Assembly: GCA_965248195.1 (NCBI GenBank) | Contig: CBDFIQ010000001.1 | Location: 1,056,001-1,120,000, forward strand | Length of the DNA: 64,000 nt | Direction of reading: 5' to 3' | From: Longimicrobiales bacterium | GTDB taxonomy: Bacteria > Gemmatimonadota > Gemmatimonadetes > Longimicrobiales > Gaopeijiaceae | The notes under the pieces: generated by a model | The model's database searches: none | The model's input: the letters and a program-made list of their open reading frames with translations, nothing else | What the model was told of the DNA's origin: nothing | Program-made: the position numbers and the translations under genes | In this document: positions 30,909 through 42,698 of the stretch, piece by piece | Numbering within the stretch: the stretch's first letter is position 1 | Layout: every line of letters starts with the position of its first letter

Positions 30909-32030
30909 ATGAGAAATCGGGTGAAATTTTTCGGCGTCGCGCCGTTGCTCTTCAGTGCCCTCGCTTGCGGCTCTCAGACTTCTGAGCAGGCACCGGAGCC
31001 GACATCGGCCACGCTGCCAGAGTGGAAAGTGGACCCGACGTGGCCACCGACCTTGCCCAACGACTGGATCCTCGGCGACATCAGAGGGCTCTTCGTTGAC
31101 GAAGACGACCACCTCTGGGTAGTTCACATGCCGTCGAGCCTGACCTCTCAGGAGATCGGGGCCGCACAGGATCCACCGATTGCCGATTGTTGTCTTCCCG
31201 CTCCGCCGGTTCTCGAACTGGATCCCGAGGGCAATGTCCTGCAAGCCTGGGGCGGTCCGGGCGAGGGCTATACCTGGTTTGAACAGGAGCACGGGATCTA
31301 TATCGATCACAACGGGTTCGTCTGGCTCGGCACGAGCAATGGATTCCACGTGATGAAGTTCACGAAGGACGGTAACCACGTTCTCACCATCGGTGAGCCT
31401 GGCGTGAACGGGGGCAGCAACGATCCGACTCATCTGGGCGGCCCGGCGAATTTTTTCGTGGAGCCCAGTACGAATGAACTCTTCATCGCGGATGGATACC
31501 GCAACCGGCGCGTGGTGGTCTTCGAGGCGGCGACCGGTGAATACCGCCGTCATTGGGGTGCGTACGGCAGGCCACCGGACGACACCTACACGTATGATTA
31601 TCCAGTAGTGCTCGACAACCCGCCGCAGCAGTACTCCACGGTCCATGGCATCATCGGCTCGAAGGACGGCCTGGTCTATGTGTCCGACCGCCGCGGAAAC
31701 CGCATTCAGGCCTTCCGCCAAAACGGCGAGTATCTCATGGAGCGTTTCGTCCTTCCAGAGACCCGCGGATCGGGGACTGGATTCAGCCTTGGGCTGTCAC
31801 AGGATCCTGAACAGACCCTCCTCTACCTCATCGATGGTACCAACCAACGTGTGTGGATGCTGCGACGGAGCGACCTGGAGATCCTGGGCAGGTTTGGCAG
31901 GCCCGGTCGCCAGGCGGGCGAATTCATCCGGGCACACATGGTGGTGCTCGACTCCCGAGGCTACCTGTATACCGGAGAGGCCGGGAATGGTAGACGGATG
32001 CAAAGGTTCCAGCTAAGCACTGCCGATTAG
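30909..32030 (+). CDS. NHL-repeat beta-propeller lipoprotein (PAL-like)
   Basis: Lipobox LAC, IADGYRNRRVVVF, YVSDRRGNRIQ repeats. Confidence 0.85.
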   Translation: MRNRVKFFGVAPLLFSALACGSQTSEQAPEPTSATLPEWKVDPTWPPTLPNDWILGDIRGLFVDEDDHLWVVHMPSSLTSQEIGAAQDPPIADCCLPAPPVLELDPEGNVLQAWGGPGEGYTWFEQEHGIYIDHNGFVWLGTSNGFHVMKFTKDGNHVLTIGEPGVNGGSNDPTHLGGPANFFVEPSTNELFIADGYRNRRVVVFEAATGEYRRHWGAYGRPPDDTYTYDYPVVLDNPPQQYSTVHGIIGSKDGLVYVSDRRGNRIQAFRQNGEYLMERFVLPETRGSGTGFSLGLSQDPEQTLLYLIDGTNQRVWMLRRSDLEILGRFGRPGRQAGEFIRAHMVVLDSRGYLYTGEAGNGRRMQRFQLSTAD

Positions 32031-32132
32031 TCGGAGCGGTCACGGGGCATCATGTGACTGGGCTGGCCGGCGACCTAGCCGCACCTCATGTTGAGGTGTG
32101 ATCACTTCCCCTCACGTCCTCTGGAGCGACCC

Positions 32133-32645
32133 ATGAAGATCAGCGCTCGATTTCTCGCTTCGATCATCCCCTTCAGCATCGGCATCACCGGGCCCTGGGC
32201 TACCACTGAGGCCCAGACGAACTCGGACCTGCTGGGCGGTTGGGTCATCGACAGTTGGACGGCCCCGGGTGGACAGACCGGCCTAGTCCCAGAGAGCGGC
32301 CTGTTCCTGTTCACCGAATCGGGACAGTACAGCATGATGTACGTGATCGGTGATGCTCGGGAGGCGCTCGGGGCGAATCCGACGGACGCCGGCATCGCGG
32401 CCGCCTACAATCCCTTCGTGGCCAACTCCGGTCGTTATTCGGTCTCAGGGAGTGAGGTCACATACGAGGCCTTCGTAGCGAAGGACCCCGCGTATATGTC
32501 CGAGTTCGGTCCGACCGGTGGCGAAGGCAACGCTCAAACGATGACGTTCAACATCGATGACGGCACCCTGACGCTGAGCTTCGGGGAGGGGGGGGCGATG
32601 CAAGGAGCGACGGCTACCCTGCGCAGGCCGGGCGGAGGGGCGTAG
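32133..32645 (+). CDS. secreted lipocalin-like domain protein
   Basis: Signal peptide, LLGGW motif, ANSGRYSVSG. Confidence 0.6.
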   Translation: MKISARFLASIIPFSIGITGPWATTEAQTNSDLLGGWVIDSWTAPGGQTGLVPESGLFLFTESGQYSMMYVIGDAREALGANPTDAGIAAAYNPFVANSGRYSVSGSEVTYEAFVAKDPAYMSEFGPTGGEGNAQTMTFNIDDGTLTLSFGEGGAMQGATATLRRPGGGA

Positions 32646-32861
32646 TGCAAGTCGCGAATGCCCAAGGCCGCGGACCTCCGCGCTGGAGCACGGCGTAGCG
32701 GCGCCAGCTCCAGGTATTCGACTACTCAGACATCGTGCGGGGAGAATCGACGATCACGATAGCGGAGCCTCCTCACAGAGACTTGCTCGGCGAAACAGAG
32801 CTCATTGACCGAATCCGAGCCGATGTCGAGCAGTCCTCGGTCCGCTCAAGCTAGGAAGACG

Positions 32862-33176
32862 ATGAAAACAGTGTACCTATCCTTCGCGCTTCTCGGAGCC
32901 ATTGTCCCCTACGTTTTCTTCATCGCCCACTTCCAGACCGAAGGCCTCGGGCTCGGAGCGTTTGTGAGCGCTCTCTTTGTCAATGGCGCTGCGGGGGGGT
33001 TCACCTCTGACATACTGATCTCGTCTGTCGTGTTCTGGGTCTGGCTGCTCCGCAGCGGTGCGCGACGGCCCTGGCTATACATCGTTCTCAACCTTGCGAT
33101 CGGGCTTTCCTGCGCCTTTCCCGCCTACTTGTACTCCAGGGAGCGGGAGGCCAGGGCGGCTGGGGCGGCCATCTAA
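32862..33176 (+). CDS. DUF2834-like membrane protein
   Basis: FVNGAAGGFTSDILIS, IGLSCAFPAYLYSRE; stop codon lies inside attC R'' box. Confidence 0.7.
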   Translation: MKTVYLSFALLGAIVPYVFFIAHFQTEGLGLGAFVSALFVNGAAGGFTSDILISSVVFWVWLLRSGARRPWLYIVLNLAIGLSCAFPAYLYSREREARAAGAAI

Positions 33177-34730
33177 CACGAGATTGCTGCTGTCGCGTGT
33201 GACATTAGGCCCGCGCGCTTCGCCTGCGGTCACCATTTTAGCCGCGCAGCATCTATAAGGTGAAGGGAGTCAACAGGGCGTAGCCCTCCCTTACCCGTCC
33301 GGGGTCCCGGAGGGGTGGCTCGGTCCACTGGTCTGTAGCTCAAGGCCTGCGTGATCATCTTCCGTTTTTCATCCTTCAGTACCAACGTCGCGTCCGATCT
33401 TGGGTGAGTCTCCTCTCACGAGGAACTCAGGCATCTATTCAGGTTTCATCCCAGCGCGGGGATGTCCGAAGATCTGCTATGCGAGCGGGGGGCTCAATCA
33501 GAATCTGAGGGTCGTCGTGCGACATGCTGCGCGCGGAGCTCACCCCTGTCGTGGTACGGTCCATCATCGTGTGTCATCTCAGTTTGATCGAGCCACGGGT
33601 TCATCGTGCCAGACCTCACCCGTACGGAGCATCGCGTGCACAGCACGAGCGAGGCGCCGAGCGGTAGCGACCCGAGCGACCTGCCACCCGAGCCGTTGCC
33701 TGATCAGTTCGTACGACTGTGATAGCCAGCTGTCGGGCGCGTGAGTGACGTGGCTCACGACGGTCCGGACGAAGGTGCCCCTCAGCCAACGGTTGGCCCC
33801 GGCGGGGATCGATCCGTGGCGGATGGGCCGGAGCCCTGACTGTGAGGAGCGAGGGGCTAGACCGGCGTAGCTGACCAGGTGCCCCGGTGTACGAAATCGT
33901 TTGATGGGCAACGTCTCGGTGGCGATGAGCAATGCCCGATAGGAACCGACGCCCGGGATGGTCTCGAGCAGAGCTACAGCGGGGACCTTGCGGCCTACGT
34001 GCTCAACCCTGCGATCAAGCGTTTTGATCATCGGCACGATCTGGTCGATGAGTTCCCACTGCATGTCGATGAACAGACGCCGCTCGGCTCCGAGCAGCGG
34101 CCACGCCACGTCATGCACCCACTGGCGTCCATCCTGGGTGAGCAGACGCCCACGCTCCAGATGAAGCCCGACGTTGTGGATCTGGGCATGGATGCGGTTC
34201 ACCATGCGTGTGCGTTCGCGTACGAGTCGTGCCCGGTTGCGTAGCAGTACCGCCTGCTCCCGCTGCTCGACGCACTTCGGATGGACCTCGGGGATGAGGC
34301 CCGCGAGTCGCATACGCGCCAACAACTCGGCGTCGATGTCGTCACTCTTGTAGTTGGACTCGGCGATGACTCGGAGCCGCTTGGCGTGAGCGAGCACGAA
34401 GTCGATCCCCCGCTCTTGGAGTCGATCGAAGAGCCACGGCCAGGCCGGACTCGTCTCGACGACCACCTCCAGGGGCTGATACTGCTCCAGTAGATCATTG
34501 AGCCGATCCTCTTGCGTGTTCTTGATCCGGATGGGTCCGGCAACGAGCTGACCTGTGTTGCTCACGATGGCGATCACCGAATACGTTGCGTGAGCATCGA
34601 TTCCTGCGACAAACATGGCTGGCCTCCTTGGGTTGGGTGCCGCAGGCCTTTGAGCAAGATCAGCGTAACGCCACGCTCGAGTGAGGTCAGCCTTTCGCCT
34701 TATAAGATCAGAATCGCAGAGACGTTATAC
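33171..34730 (+). repeat. attC site 3, interrupted by IS1111-type element
   Basis: ATCTAAC-ACGAG-ATTGCTGC ... GCA|IS|CAGAAT-CGCAGAGAC-GTTATAC. Confidence 0.85.
33252..34708 (-). mobile_element. IS1111-type element copy 2 (recombinase 33579..34616)
   Basis: Same length, ends and protein as copy 1, same insertion point in attC. Confidence 0.93.
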
Positions 34731-34811
34731 GGACCTGCGCTGTGGCGCCTCGTCGAGTGACCCAACCCACAAGAATTGGACCGAGAAGAGTCCAATCATG
34801 AGGAGAGAGAA

Positions 34812-35099
34812 GTGAAGAAGTTTGTGCTGCTCCACTACGGATTCGAGAAGCCCACCCCAGAGATCATGAAGGCATGGGGCACCTGGTTCGAGTCAATCGC
34901 CGACAGGACGGTTGATCAAGGTGGTTTCAGCGGCGGGCGAGAGATCTCCGCATCTGGAACAAAGGACCTCCCAATGGGAATGGAGTCCATCACTGGCTAC
35001 AATATTATCGAAGCCGAGAGCCTCGATGAGGCAGAGAAGATCGCTCACGGCAATCCCTATATCGCGAGCATCCGCGTCTACGAGATCAGAGGGATGTAA
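34812..35099 (+). CDS. YciI-like protein
   Basis: AWGTWFESI, ITGYNIIEAESLDEAEKIA..NP. Confidence 0.7.
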   Translation: MKKFVLLHYGFEKPTPEIMKAWGTWFESIADRTVDQGGFSGGREISASGTKDLPMGMESITGYNIIEAESLDEAEKIAHGNPYIASIRVYEIRGM

Positions 35100-35148
35100 C
35101 GTGCCTGACTCACAAGGAGGCATCTGAACTCGTGGGATTCGCGATAGA

Positions 35149-35817
35149 GTGAACGTCGTCTTGTTTGGTGCCACCGGAATGGTCGGGGCCGGGGTCCTGA
35201 TCGAGTGTCTGGACGATTCCAGAGTCGAATCGGTCCTCGCGGTGGGGCGGAGGCCATGCGCTGTCGCGCACCCGAAGGTCCGCGAGCTCATTCGCTCAGA
35301 TCTGTTCGAATACGGGGATGCGACCGACGACTTTCTGAACCTCGACGCTTGCTTCTTCTGTCTCGGGGCCTCCGCCCTGGGCATGAGCGAGGCGGCCTAC
35401 CGAAGGGTGACCTACGACCTGACAGTCGCTGCCGCTGAGTCGCTCCTCGAAGTGAATCCTGGACTTACGTTCTGCTACGTCTCAGGAGAAGGGACCGACA
35501 GCAGCGAACGGGGGCGCCTCATGTGGGCACGGGTCAAGGGCAAGACGGAGAATCAGCTTCTAGGAATGCCGTTCAAGGCCTACATGTTTCGGCCAGGGTA
35601 CATTCAGCCGCTGCGAGGTGTGCACCACAGGACGCGTGTGTACCGGGTGCTCCACACCGTGCTCAGGCCTTTCTACCCTCTGCTTGAACGGCTGCTGCCG
35701 GCGCACGTGACGACGACTGTCAATGTCGGTCGGGCCATGATCGAAGTGGCGGCGCGGGGACACACGAATCTCGTGCTGGAGAACTCTGACATCAACTCTC
35801 TGGCGGTCGCTGTCTAA
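35149..35817 (+). CDS. NAD(P)-binding epimerase-like (atypical SDR) protein
   Basis: GATGMVG, DACFFCLG, WARVKGKTEN, FRPGYIQP; stop codon inside attC. Confidence 0.85.
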   Translation: MNVVLFGATGMVGAGVLIECLDDSRVESVLAVGRRPCAVAHPKVRELIRSDLFEYGDATDDFLNLDACFFCLGASALGMSEAAYRRVTYDLTVAAAESLLEVNPGLTFCYVSGEGTDSSERGRLMWARVKGKTENQLLGMPFKAYMFRPGYIQPLRGVHHRTRVYRVLHTVLRPFYPLLERLLPAHVTTTVNVGRAMIEVAARGHTNLVLENSDINSLAVAV

Positions 35818-35912
35818 CAAGCGATTGCTACTGTCGTGTGTGACATCAGGCTCGCGCGCTTCGCTCGCGGTCGGCACATTGGACGCGCAGTAGAATGGCA
35901 GATCCGTTAGGC
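35812..35912 (+). repeat. attC site 4 (intact, 101 bp)
   Basis: GTCTAAC-AAGCG-ATTGCTAC ... GTAGAAT-GGCAGATCC-GTTAGGC. Confidence 0.9.
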
Positions 35913-35990
35913 AGCAAGACTCCGGGCCGGAGTGCGGAGACCTCAGGGAGGACGAACTCGTGAGCCAAGCACTTCCAGCGGTACCCAAGA

Positions 35991-37557
35991 CGGAACCTGT
36001 CAACGACAATGGGACACTCTACGGGATTAATTAGAGAGCAATATCCTGTGTGGTGAGGGAAGGGATGGGAGGATTGATGTAGACGGCCTCCGGGAGCGGT
36101 TTGGGCTTCGGCACACCTGTGACGAAGCGTTCGGGATGAGCGGCCCATGCTTCGCGGAGCACGGATTTCCTGCCGGCAATGACCTGATCGGCGTTCCCGA
36201 AGTGGACCTGCTCGGGGGTTAGCATCGAGATACCGCCATGGCGGTGCTCGGCATTGTACCAGCGGAAGAACGATCGACACAACGTCTTGGCCTGGCCCTG
36301 ATCCCCGAACCGCCCGGGAAACGAGGGATGGTACTTCAAGGTTTTGAACTGAGCCTCGGAAAACGGGTTGTCATCCGACACCTGAGGCCGGCTCAACGAG
36401 CGAGTCACGCCGAGGTCAGCGAGAAGTTGAGCGGTGCATTGGCTCGTCATTGGAGCTCCCCGATCCGAGTGCAGGGTCAGGACCCGGGGCTGGACGCCAT
36501 GCTTCAGGCAGCTCTGCTGGATCAACCGGCCGGCCAGGGCCGAGTTCTCCCGGTCCGCCACCATCCAGCCCACGACGTAGCGGCTGTAGATGTCCATGAT
36601 GACGTAGAGGTAGTAATAGCTCCACTTCTTCGGCCCGAGTAGCCGCGTGATATCCCAGGACCACACCTGGTTCGGCGCCGTGGCCATCAACTCGGGCTTC
36701 TTGTACTCGGGATGGGTGCGCTGCGCCCGGCGTTCCTGAACCGGCACCTCGGAGGCCAGAACACGATACATCGTGCGTTCGCTGCACAGGTAGACCTCTT
36801 CGTCGAGCAGCGTGGCCACCACCTCGGCGGGTGAGCGGTCCACGAACCGCTCCGAACACAGCGTGTCGAAGACCTCGCCTCGTTCCGTCTCGCTCAATGC
36901 CCGGGCGGGCGTCGGGCGGGGCTGCCGTTGCCCGGTCGATGGGCCTCGACGACGGTAGAACGTCGATCGGGAGACCTCGAGAGCCGCGCACGCCGGTTTT
37001 ACACCGACGTGCTTAGCCAGCTCATCGGCCGCCTTCAAGAGTTCGTCCCGTCGTCGAGGCTTATCCCCAGCAGCCCCGCAACTTTTCCCTGCACGTCGAT
37101 GATCAGGTGTGCCTTCCTGAGCTCATTCTCGAGCCGTGCGTTTTGCCGCTCCAGCTTGCGTACCTTCTCATCCAGCGGATTCCGCTCCGGCTTGCGGCCG
37201 CGTTTCTTCGACAGGGCCTTCAGCGACCCGCTATGCGCCGCCTTGCGCCACGTCGTCAGGTGCGACGAGTACAGGCCCTCGCGCCGCAGGAGCTGACCCA
37301 CCTCGCCGGGCTCGGTGCACCGGTCCGCTTCTTCGACGATCCGCAGCTTGTACGATGGACTGAACCGCCGGCGTAGCGGCCTATCTACTACCTCCGGGTC
37401 CGCAGGAGCTGCCGCGCTTCGCTTGGCCTCCCCGATTCCAGGGGCACTACCATTCTCTTCCATTCTCTCTCGCAGTCCCAACATGTTCGTTTTCTCTGCC
37501 TTCGCCCTACTCTAATTCTTTGCGTGCTCCGTGTCTCACGTACGTTGGCAGAGAGGG
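35991..37557 (-). mobile_element. IS3-like element copy C
   Basis: Same as copy A; TSD AGA. Confidence 0.93.
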
Positions 37558-37768
37558 AGACGGCACGGTCCCTATCCAGCCCGGTCACCCGATACCCCGC
37601 CCTCGCCAGGCGTACTGCGTGCCGACCGGCACCGCAGCATAAGTCCAAGACCCGTGGAAACCGCGACACAGGAAGCCAACGCACCAGGAAGGCGGCCTCT
37701 GCGTCAGAATGGCTCTTCGGAACCGACCGGAGAAAGGTTTCGAACCAGGTGCTGGAATAATCATTCAT
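37558..37768 (-). pseudogene. class I SAM methyltransferase 5' fragment disrupted by IS
   Basis: RVLDLCCGAGRHA..GYRVTGLD. Confidence 0.8.
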
Positions 37769-37815
37769 TCGGGGAGTAGTGCGGTGGAGACGGTGGGTTG
37801 GGCAACCCCCCCGCG

Positions 37816-37915
37816 GCCTAAGACGTGCTCGGTACTGTCGCGATAGTGGGGGGGTCGCGCGCTTCGCTTGCGGAACCCATGTTAGGCGCGTAACAGAAGC
37901 ACAGAGACGTTAGGC
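37816..37915 (+). repeat. attC site 5 (degenerate R''/L'')
   Basis: GCCTAAG ... TACTGTCGCG ... GCGCGCTTCGCTTGCGG ... ACAGAAG-CACAGAGAC-GTTAGGC. Confidence 0.75.
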
Positions 37916-37938
37916 GGCTCAAAAGGAGGTGCGGCATC

Positions 37939-39342
37939 GTGAGAACATCGATCGCGCTCACCCTCGTATGCGGGGTGCTCGCATCCGCGTGTGGCGCGGG
38001 GGATTACGACGTCGTCATCCAAGGCGGCCGGGTGATGGATCCGGAATCGGGTCTGGATGCCGTCATGAACGTCGGCGTCCGCGACGGCCGCATCGAGGCA
38101 GTGACCGAAGACGCGATAGTCGGCACACGCACGATCGACGCGAGCGGTCTTGTCGTCACAGCTGGGTTCATTGACCTGCACGAGCACGCTCAGAACGAAG
38201 AGGCGTATGCCTTGATGGTGGCGGACGGCGTGACGAGCGCGTTCGAGCTCGAGCTTGGGACGGGCGACGTCGCCGCGTGGTACGCCGAGCGGGAGGGCGG
38301 GCAGATCGTCAACTACGGTGTCAGCATCGGCCACATACCCGTCCGTATGGTCGTAATGGACGATCCCGGTGAGCTCTTCCCGAGTGGTCCGGGCGGCTAC
38401 GGAACCGCGAGCGACGCGCAGGTAGCCGAGATGGCGCGCCGCATAGAGGAGGGCCTGGCGCAGGGAGCCGTGGCTGTGGGGTTCGGCACGGCCTACACGC
38501 CGGCAGCTACGATGGCGGAGATCGAAACGATGTTCCGGGTTGCGGCCGAGCATGATGCGTCGGCGCATATTCACGTACGGGGTGGGTCCAGCGGTTTGGC
38601 GGAAACGATAGAGACGGCTGTGCGGGCGAACGTCCCACTTCACATCGTGCACGCCAACTCGAGTGGGGGGGGGCAAATAACCGAGTTTCTCCAACTCATC
38701 GAGCGTGCGCAAGCCGACGGCAAAGACGTCACGACCGAGGCATACCCGTACGGAGCGGGCATGACGGTCATCGAGTCCGCCCTGTTCGACGATTGGGAAA
38801 CGTGGACCGACGACCGGTTCAACAACTACCAGTGGGTGGAGACGGGAGAGCGCCTCACTCGTGAGACCTTCGGTGAGTATCGGGCTGGCGGAGGCACGGT
38901 CATCATTCACGGCCGTACCGAGGACAACGCGCTCGCCGCCATTAGCAGCCCGTTCACGATGATCGCCAGCGACGGCTTCATGGTGAACGGCCGAGGGCAC
39001 CCCCGCACGTCGGGATCCTACTCAAAAGTGTTGGGGCGCTACGTGCGCGAGCAAGGAGTGCTCAACCTGATGGACGCTTTACGCCGTATGTCTCTCGAGC
39101 CAGCGCGCCGGTTGGAGGACCGTGTGCCTTCCATGCGCCAAAAAGGCCGTGTGCGTGTCGGGGCCGACGCAGACATCACCATATTCGATTCCAGGACTGT
39201 GATCGACCGATCGACTTACGTGGACGCGACGATTACTTCCCAGGGCATCGAGTACGTGTTGGTGAACGGCGTACCGGTGGTCAGCGGCGGCGAGTTGGTG
39301 GAAGGCCTGAGATCAGGCCAACCGGTTAGGGCGGATCGCTAG
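37939..39342 (+). CDS. amidohydrolase, D-aminoacylase/D-glutamate deacylase-like lipoprotein
   Basis: GFIDLHEH, HIVHANSS, TTEAYPY, IASDG, HPR. Confidence 0.85.
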   Translation: MRTSIALTLVCGVLASACGAGDYDVVIQGGRVMDPESGLDAVMNVGVRDGRIEAVTEDAIVGTRTIDASGLVVTAGFIDLHEHAQNEEAYALMVADGVTSAFELELGTGDVAAWYAEREGGQIVNYGVSIGHIPVRMVVMDDPGELFPSGPGGYGTASDAQVAEMARRIEEGLAQGAVAVGFGTAYTPAATMAEIETMFRVAAEHDASAHIHVRGGSSGLAETIETAVRANVPLHIVHANSSGGGQITEFLQLIERAQADGKDVTTEAYPYGAGMTVIESALFDDWETWTDDRFNNYQWVETGERLTRETFGEYRAGGGTVIIHGRTEDNALAAISSPFTMIASDGFMVNGRGHPRTSGSYSKVLGRYVREQGVLNLMDALRRMSLEPARRLEDRVPSMRQKGRVRVGADADITIFDSRTVIDRSTYVDATITSQGIEYVLVNGVPVVSGGELVEGLRSGQPVRADR

Positions 39343-39393
39343 GGACTGGCTCACTTTCCCGCTACGCACGACACGACCAACACCGGTTCGAAT

Positions 39394-39484
39394 CGCTACC
39401 GAGAGATTCTGGTGGAGTTGAAATGAATCGTCTTGGACAGACAGAGATGGCTGACAGCACAGCGGAATCGCAGAGACGTTAGAC
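39394..39484 (+). repeat. attC site 6 (degenerate)
   Basis: 3' half GCGGAAT-CGCAGAGAC-GTTAGAC conserved; 5' half only loosely recognisable (CGCTACC-GAGAG-ATT). Confidence 0.6.
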
Positions 39485-39500
39485 GGCGCAACTTGCGGAT

Positions 39501-40223
39501 ATGGCGAAACCCTTCCTGACAGCTCGATGGGAGAGTCTGGTTCTCCTGAACTTCGAATGCCCAAGGGAGATCCTCGAGCCTCTCGTGCCGAGGGGCACCG
39601 AGCTCGACCCTTGGCGTGACGTCGACCTCATCAGTCTCGTCGGCTTCCGCTTCGTCGACACCAGAGTCAGGGGGGTCCCGATTCCGTGTCACCGCACCTT
39701 CGAAGAGGTCAACCTCCGATTCTACGTCCGTCGTCGAAATACCGACGGGTCGTTCCGCCGAGCGGTGGTCTTCATCAAGGAGCTCGTTCCTCGCCGCACG
39801 ATTGCGGCGCTCGCTCGGCTCATCTACAACGAACCCTACAGCATGGTTGCAATGGCACACGACGTCTCCCTAGACAAGAATTCTGGCGGACGCGTTGCAT
39901 ATTCCTGGGTGCACGGCGGACTTGCGTATGGTCTCCAGGCCAGGGTCGCTGGAGCGGCAACACCTCTCGTCCCCGGCTCCGAGGCAGAATTCATCACAGA
40001 ACACTATTGGGGCTATACCAAGCAGCGCGGCGGCGGCACCTCGGAATACCGCGTGGATCATCCAAGTTGGCTTGTTTGGGATGCCCTGGAGTCGAGTTAC
40101 GAGAGTCCCCCGACCGAGACCCTTTACGGCCCGAAGTTCAGCGAGGTTCTTGGAGCGGAGCCCAAGTCGGCCTTCGTTGCGGTGGGAAGCGAAGTGAGTA
40201 TGTTTTCCTCGGTCACGGTGTGA
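39501..40223 (+). CDS. YqjF/DUF2071-family protein
   Basis: FLTARW, FEEVNLRFYV, YNEPY, FITEHYWGY, EYRVDHP. Confidence 0.85.
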   Translation: MAKPFLTARWESLVLLNFECPREILEPLVPRGTELDPWRDVDLISLVGFRFVDTRVRGVPIPCHRTFEEVNLRFYVRRRNTDGSFRRAVVFIKELVPRRTIAALARLIYNEPYSMVAMAHDVSLDKNSGGRVAYSWVHGGLAYGLQARVAGAATPLVPGSEAEFITEHYWGYTKQRGGGTSEYRVDHPSWLVWDALESSYESPPTETLYGPKFSEVLGAEPKSAFVAVGSEVSMFSSVTV

Positions 40224-40848
40224 GCCCGAACCCTGATGGGTAACAAAAACTGAACCTTGATGGGTTACAGTTTTGGGTTACGAGAAGAGGAGCCATTGTG
40301 GTCGAGGATGGCACCTTTTCTTATGTGCAGCCAGCCGAGCGAGACGGGGCCAAAGTAGACGGCCCAGATGTCGTGGTCGATCTCTTCGAGACCGATGTAG
40401 TCTCCACCGAGCAGGTGAGAGACGTTGATCCAGACGGAGTGCCATCGGATACCTCCGTTTGTTGAGACTTTGCGGACTTCGAAGTGAGCAGGGTAGTCGG
40501 GTGTGCTCAGCTTCGTCGGGAACGAGCGGGTGGAGGGTTGATATGCGGAAGCAGGCGGCTTCTGGCCTAGGGCTTCGTGAGGACGGATCTGGTTGAAGTC
40601 GGTGCGGAAGAAGTTGAAGCGCTTCTGCTGGGCGGAACGGTTTCCGGCAGGCGGGATGGTGGCCTCGGCCTTGAGGTCTTTGTGCATGCGTTCGTGACGG
40701 CCGTTCTGTTGGGGTGAGGCGGGCTCGATGAGGTCGGGCAGGATACCGAGCTTGATCCACCAGACGGAGAGTCGGGAGAGGCGGCCGAGAGCAATGGAAG
40801 CGAAGGGTGTCCCGTTGTCGGTGCGGATGCGCTGGGGCAGGCCGAACT
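40221..40848 (-). mobile_element. IS481-family 3' fragment
   Basis: FGLPQRIRTDNGTPF..PQQNGRHERMHKDLK..RPHEALG; repeated TGT(A/T)ACCCATCA motif at terminus. Confidence 0.85.
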
Positions 40849-42224
40849 GGTAGTGTCCCTAGATTTGTGTAAAAGCGGATAAGCTGGACAGGAGGGAAAG
40901 AAAAACGGAAGCTCCTCTGTTGTTGTTCACTGTCACATGAACCCGGGAGTCCGGGTCTGCAGAGCAGGCTCGGAACCGGAGAGGAGCTTCCGATGCAAGA
41001 GATTGTGGAGATCGGTCGGGCCACGCAAGACGAGCTACGCGATGATTTGCGCGAGCTGTTTCAAGGCGCGATCCGGCTGACGCTCGAGATGGTGCTGGAA
41101 GAGGAGCTGAAGGCCATGGTAGGTGCACGCCGCTTCGAGCGGGTGGGAAGCCGGAAGGACCATAGGAACGGCACATACCTGAGGCGGCTGCTGACGAGCC
41201 TGGGGCAGATCGAGGTCGCCATGCCCCGGAGCCGGGACAACGGTTCGCCGGCCGACGTGATCGGCCGCTACCAGCGCAGGAGCCCCGAGCTCGACGAGAT
41301 GATGGTCGAGGCGTATGTGAGCGGCGTGTCACAGCGCAAGATGGGCGACGTCACCGAGGCGCTGATGGGCGAGCGTGTTGGGCGCTCGACGGTGAGTCGT
41401 GTGGCAAAACGGCTCGACGAGGCCGTGGAAGGGCTGCGCCGTGCGCCGATCGAGGGGCCTCACCCCTATCTGTACCTGGACGCCACGTTCTTGGACGCCC
41501 GCTGGGCCCGCAAAGTCGAGAACGTGAGTGCGCTCGTGGCGTATGCAGTGGGCCCTGAGGGTCACCGACGGCTCCTGGCCGTCACGCTGGGCGCTGAGGA
41601 GTCGCAGCAGAGCTGGTCGGAGCTCCTCGAGCAACTCCAGGACCGCGGCCTCGGCGGTGTCGAGCTCGTGATCGCCGATGAGCACGCAGGCCTGGCAGCT
41701 GCGGTCCGCCGCTTCCTGCCCGAGGCACGCCGTCAGAGGTGTACGGTCCATCTGCAGCGTAATGTGGGGGCGAGGGTCCCCCACCGCCTACGCAAGCGCG
41801 TGGCGCGTGAGGTCTCGGTGATCTTCCAGACATCCGGACTCGCCGAGGCGAAGAAGCTCCTGGGCGAGTTCGGCGCACGCTGGAAGAAGGAGCTGCCCGA
41901 GGCCGTGGAGGTCCTGGAGCGGGGCTTCGGGGCAGCGACGCAGTTCTACGCGTTCCCCGAGGCGCACTGGCCCCGGCTGCGTACCACCAACAGCCTCGAG
42001 CGGCTGCACGGCGAGATCAAACGCAGGATCAAGGCCGCCGGCGCCTTCCCGGACCGGGCCAGCGCCCTCAGGCTCATCACGGCCGTCGCACTCAGGACCA
42101 CACACGTCTGGGGCGACCGGCGTTACCTCGACCTCTCACTCCTCCAGAAACAGGAGGTCGCCCAAGCAGCCTAGCCGAAGGCGAGGAGCTTCCTCCGCTT
42201 TTACACACAAATCGGGACTTGACC
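40849..42224 (+). mobile_element. IS256-family element copy 3 (transposase 40993..42174)
   Basis: Same element; no TSD. Confidence 0.95.
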
Positions 42225-42698
42225 CATGCACAAAGACCTCAAGGCCGAGGCCACCATCCCGCCTGCCGGAAACCGTTCCGCCCAGCAGAAGCGCTTCAAC
42301 TTCTTCCGCACCGACTTCAACCAGATCCGTCCTCACGAAGCCCTAGGCCAGAAGCCGCCTGCTTCCGCATATCAACCCTCCACCCGCTCGTTCCCGACGA
42401 AGCTGAGCACACCCGACTACCCTGCTCACTTCGAAGTCCGCAAAGTCTCAACAAACGGAGGTATCCGATGGCACTCCGTCTGGATCAACGTCTCTCACCT
42501 GCTCGGTGGAGACTACATCGGTCTCGAAGAGATCGACCACGACATCTGGGCCGTCTACTTTGGCCCCGTCTCGCTCGGCTGGCTGCACATAAGAAAAGGT
42601 GCCATCCTCGACCACAATGGCTCCTCTTCTCGTAACCCAAAACTGTAACCCATCAAGGTTCAGTTTTTGTTACCCATCAGGGTTCGGGCTCATTCACA
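42225..42698 (+). mobile_element. IS481-family 3' fragment (inverted duplicate of 40221..40688)
   Basis: Identical 140-aa ORF; ends ...CATTCACA. Confidence 0.85.
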
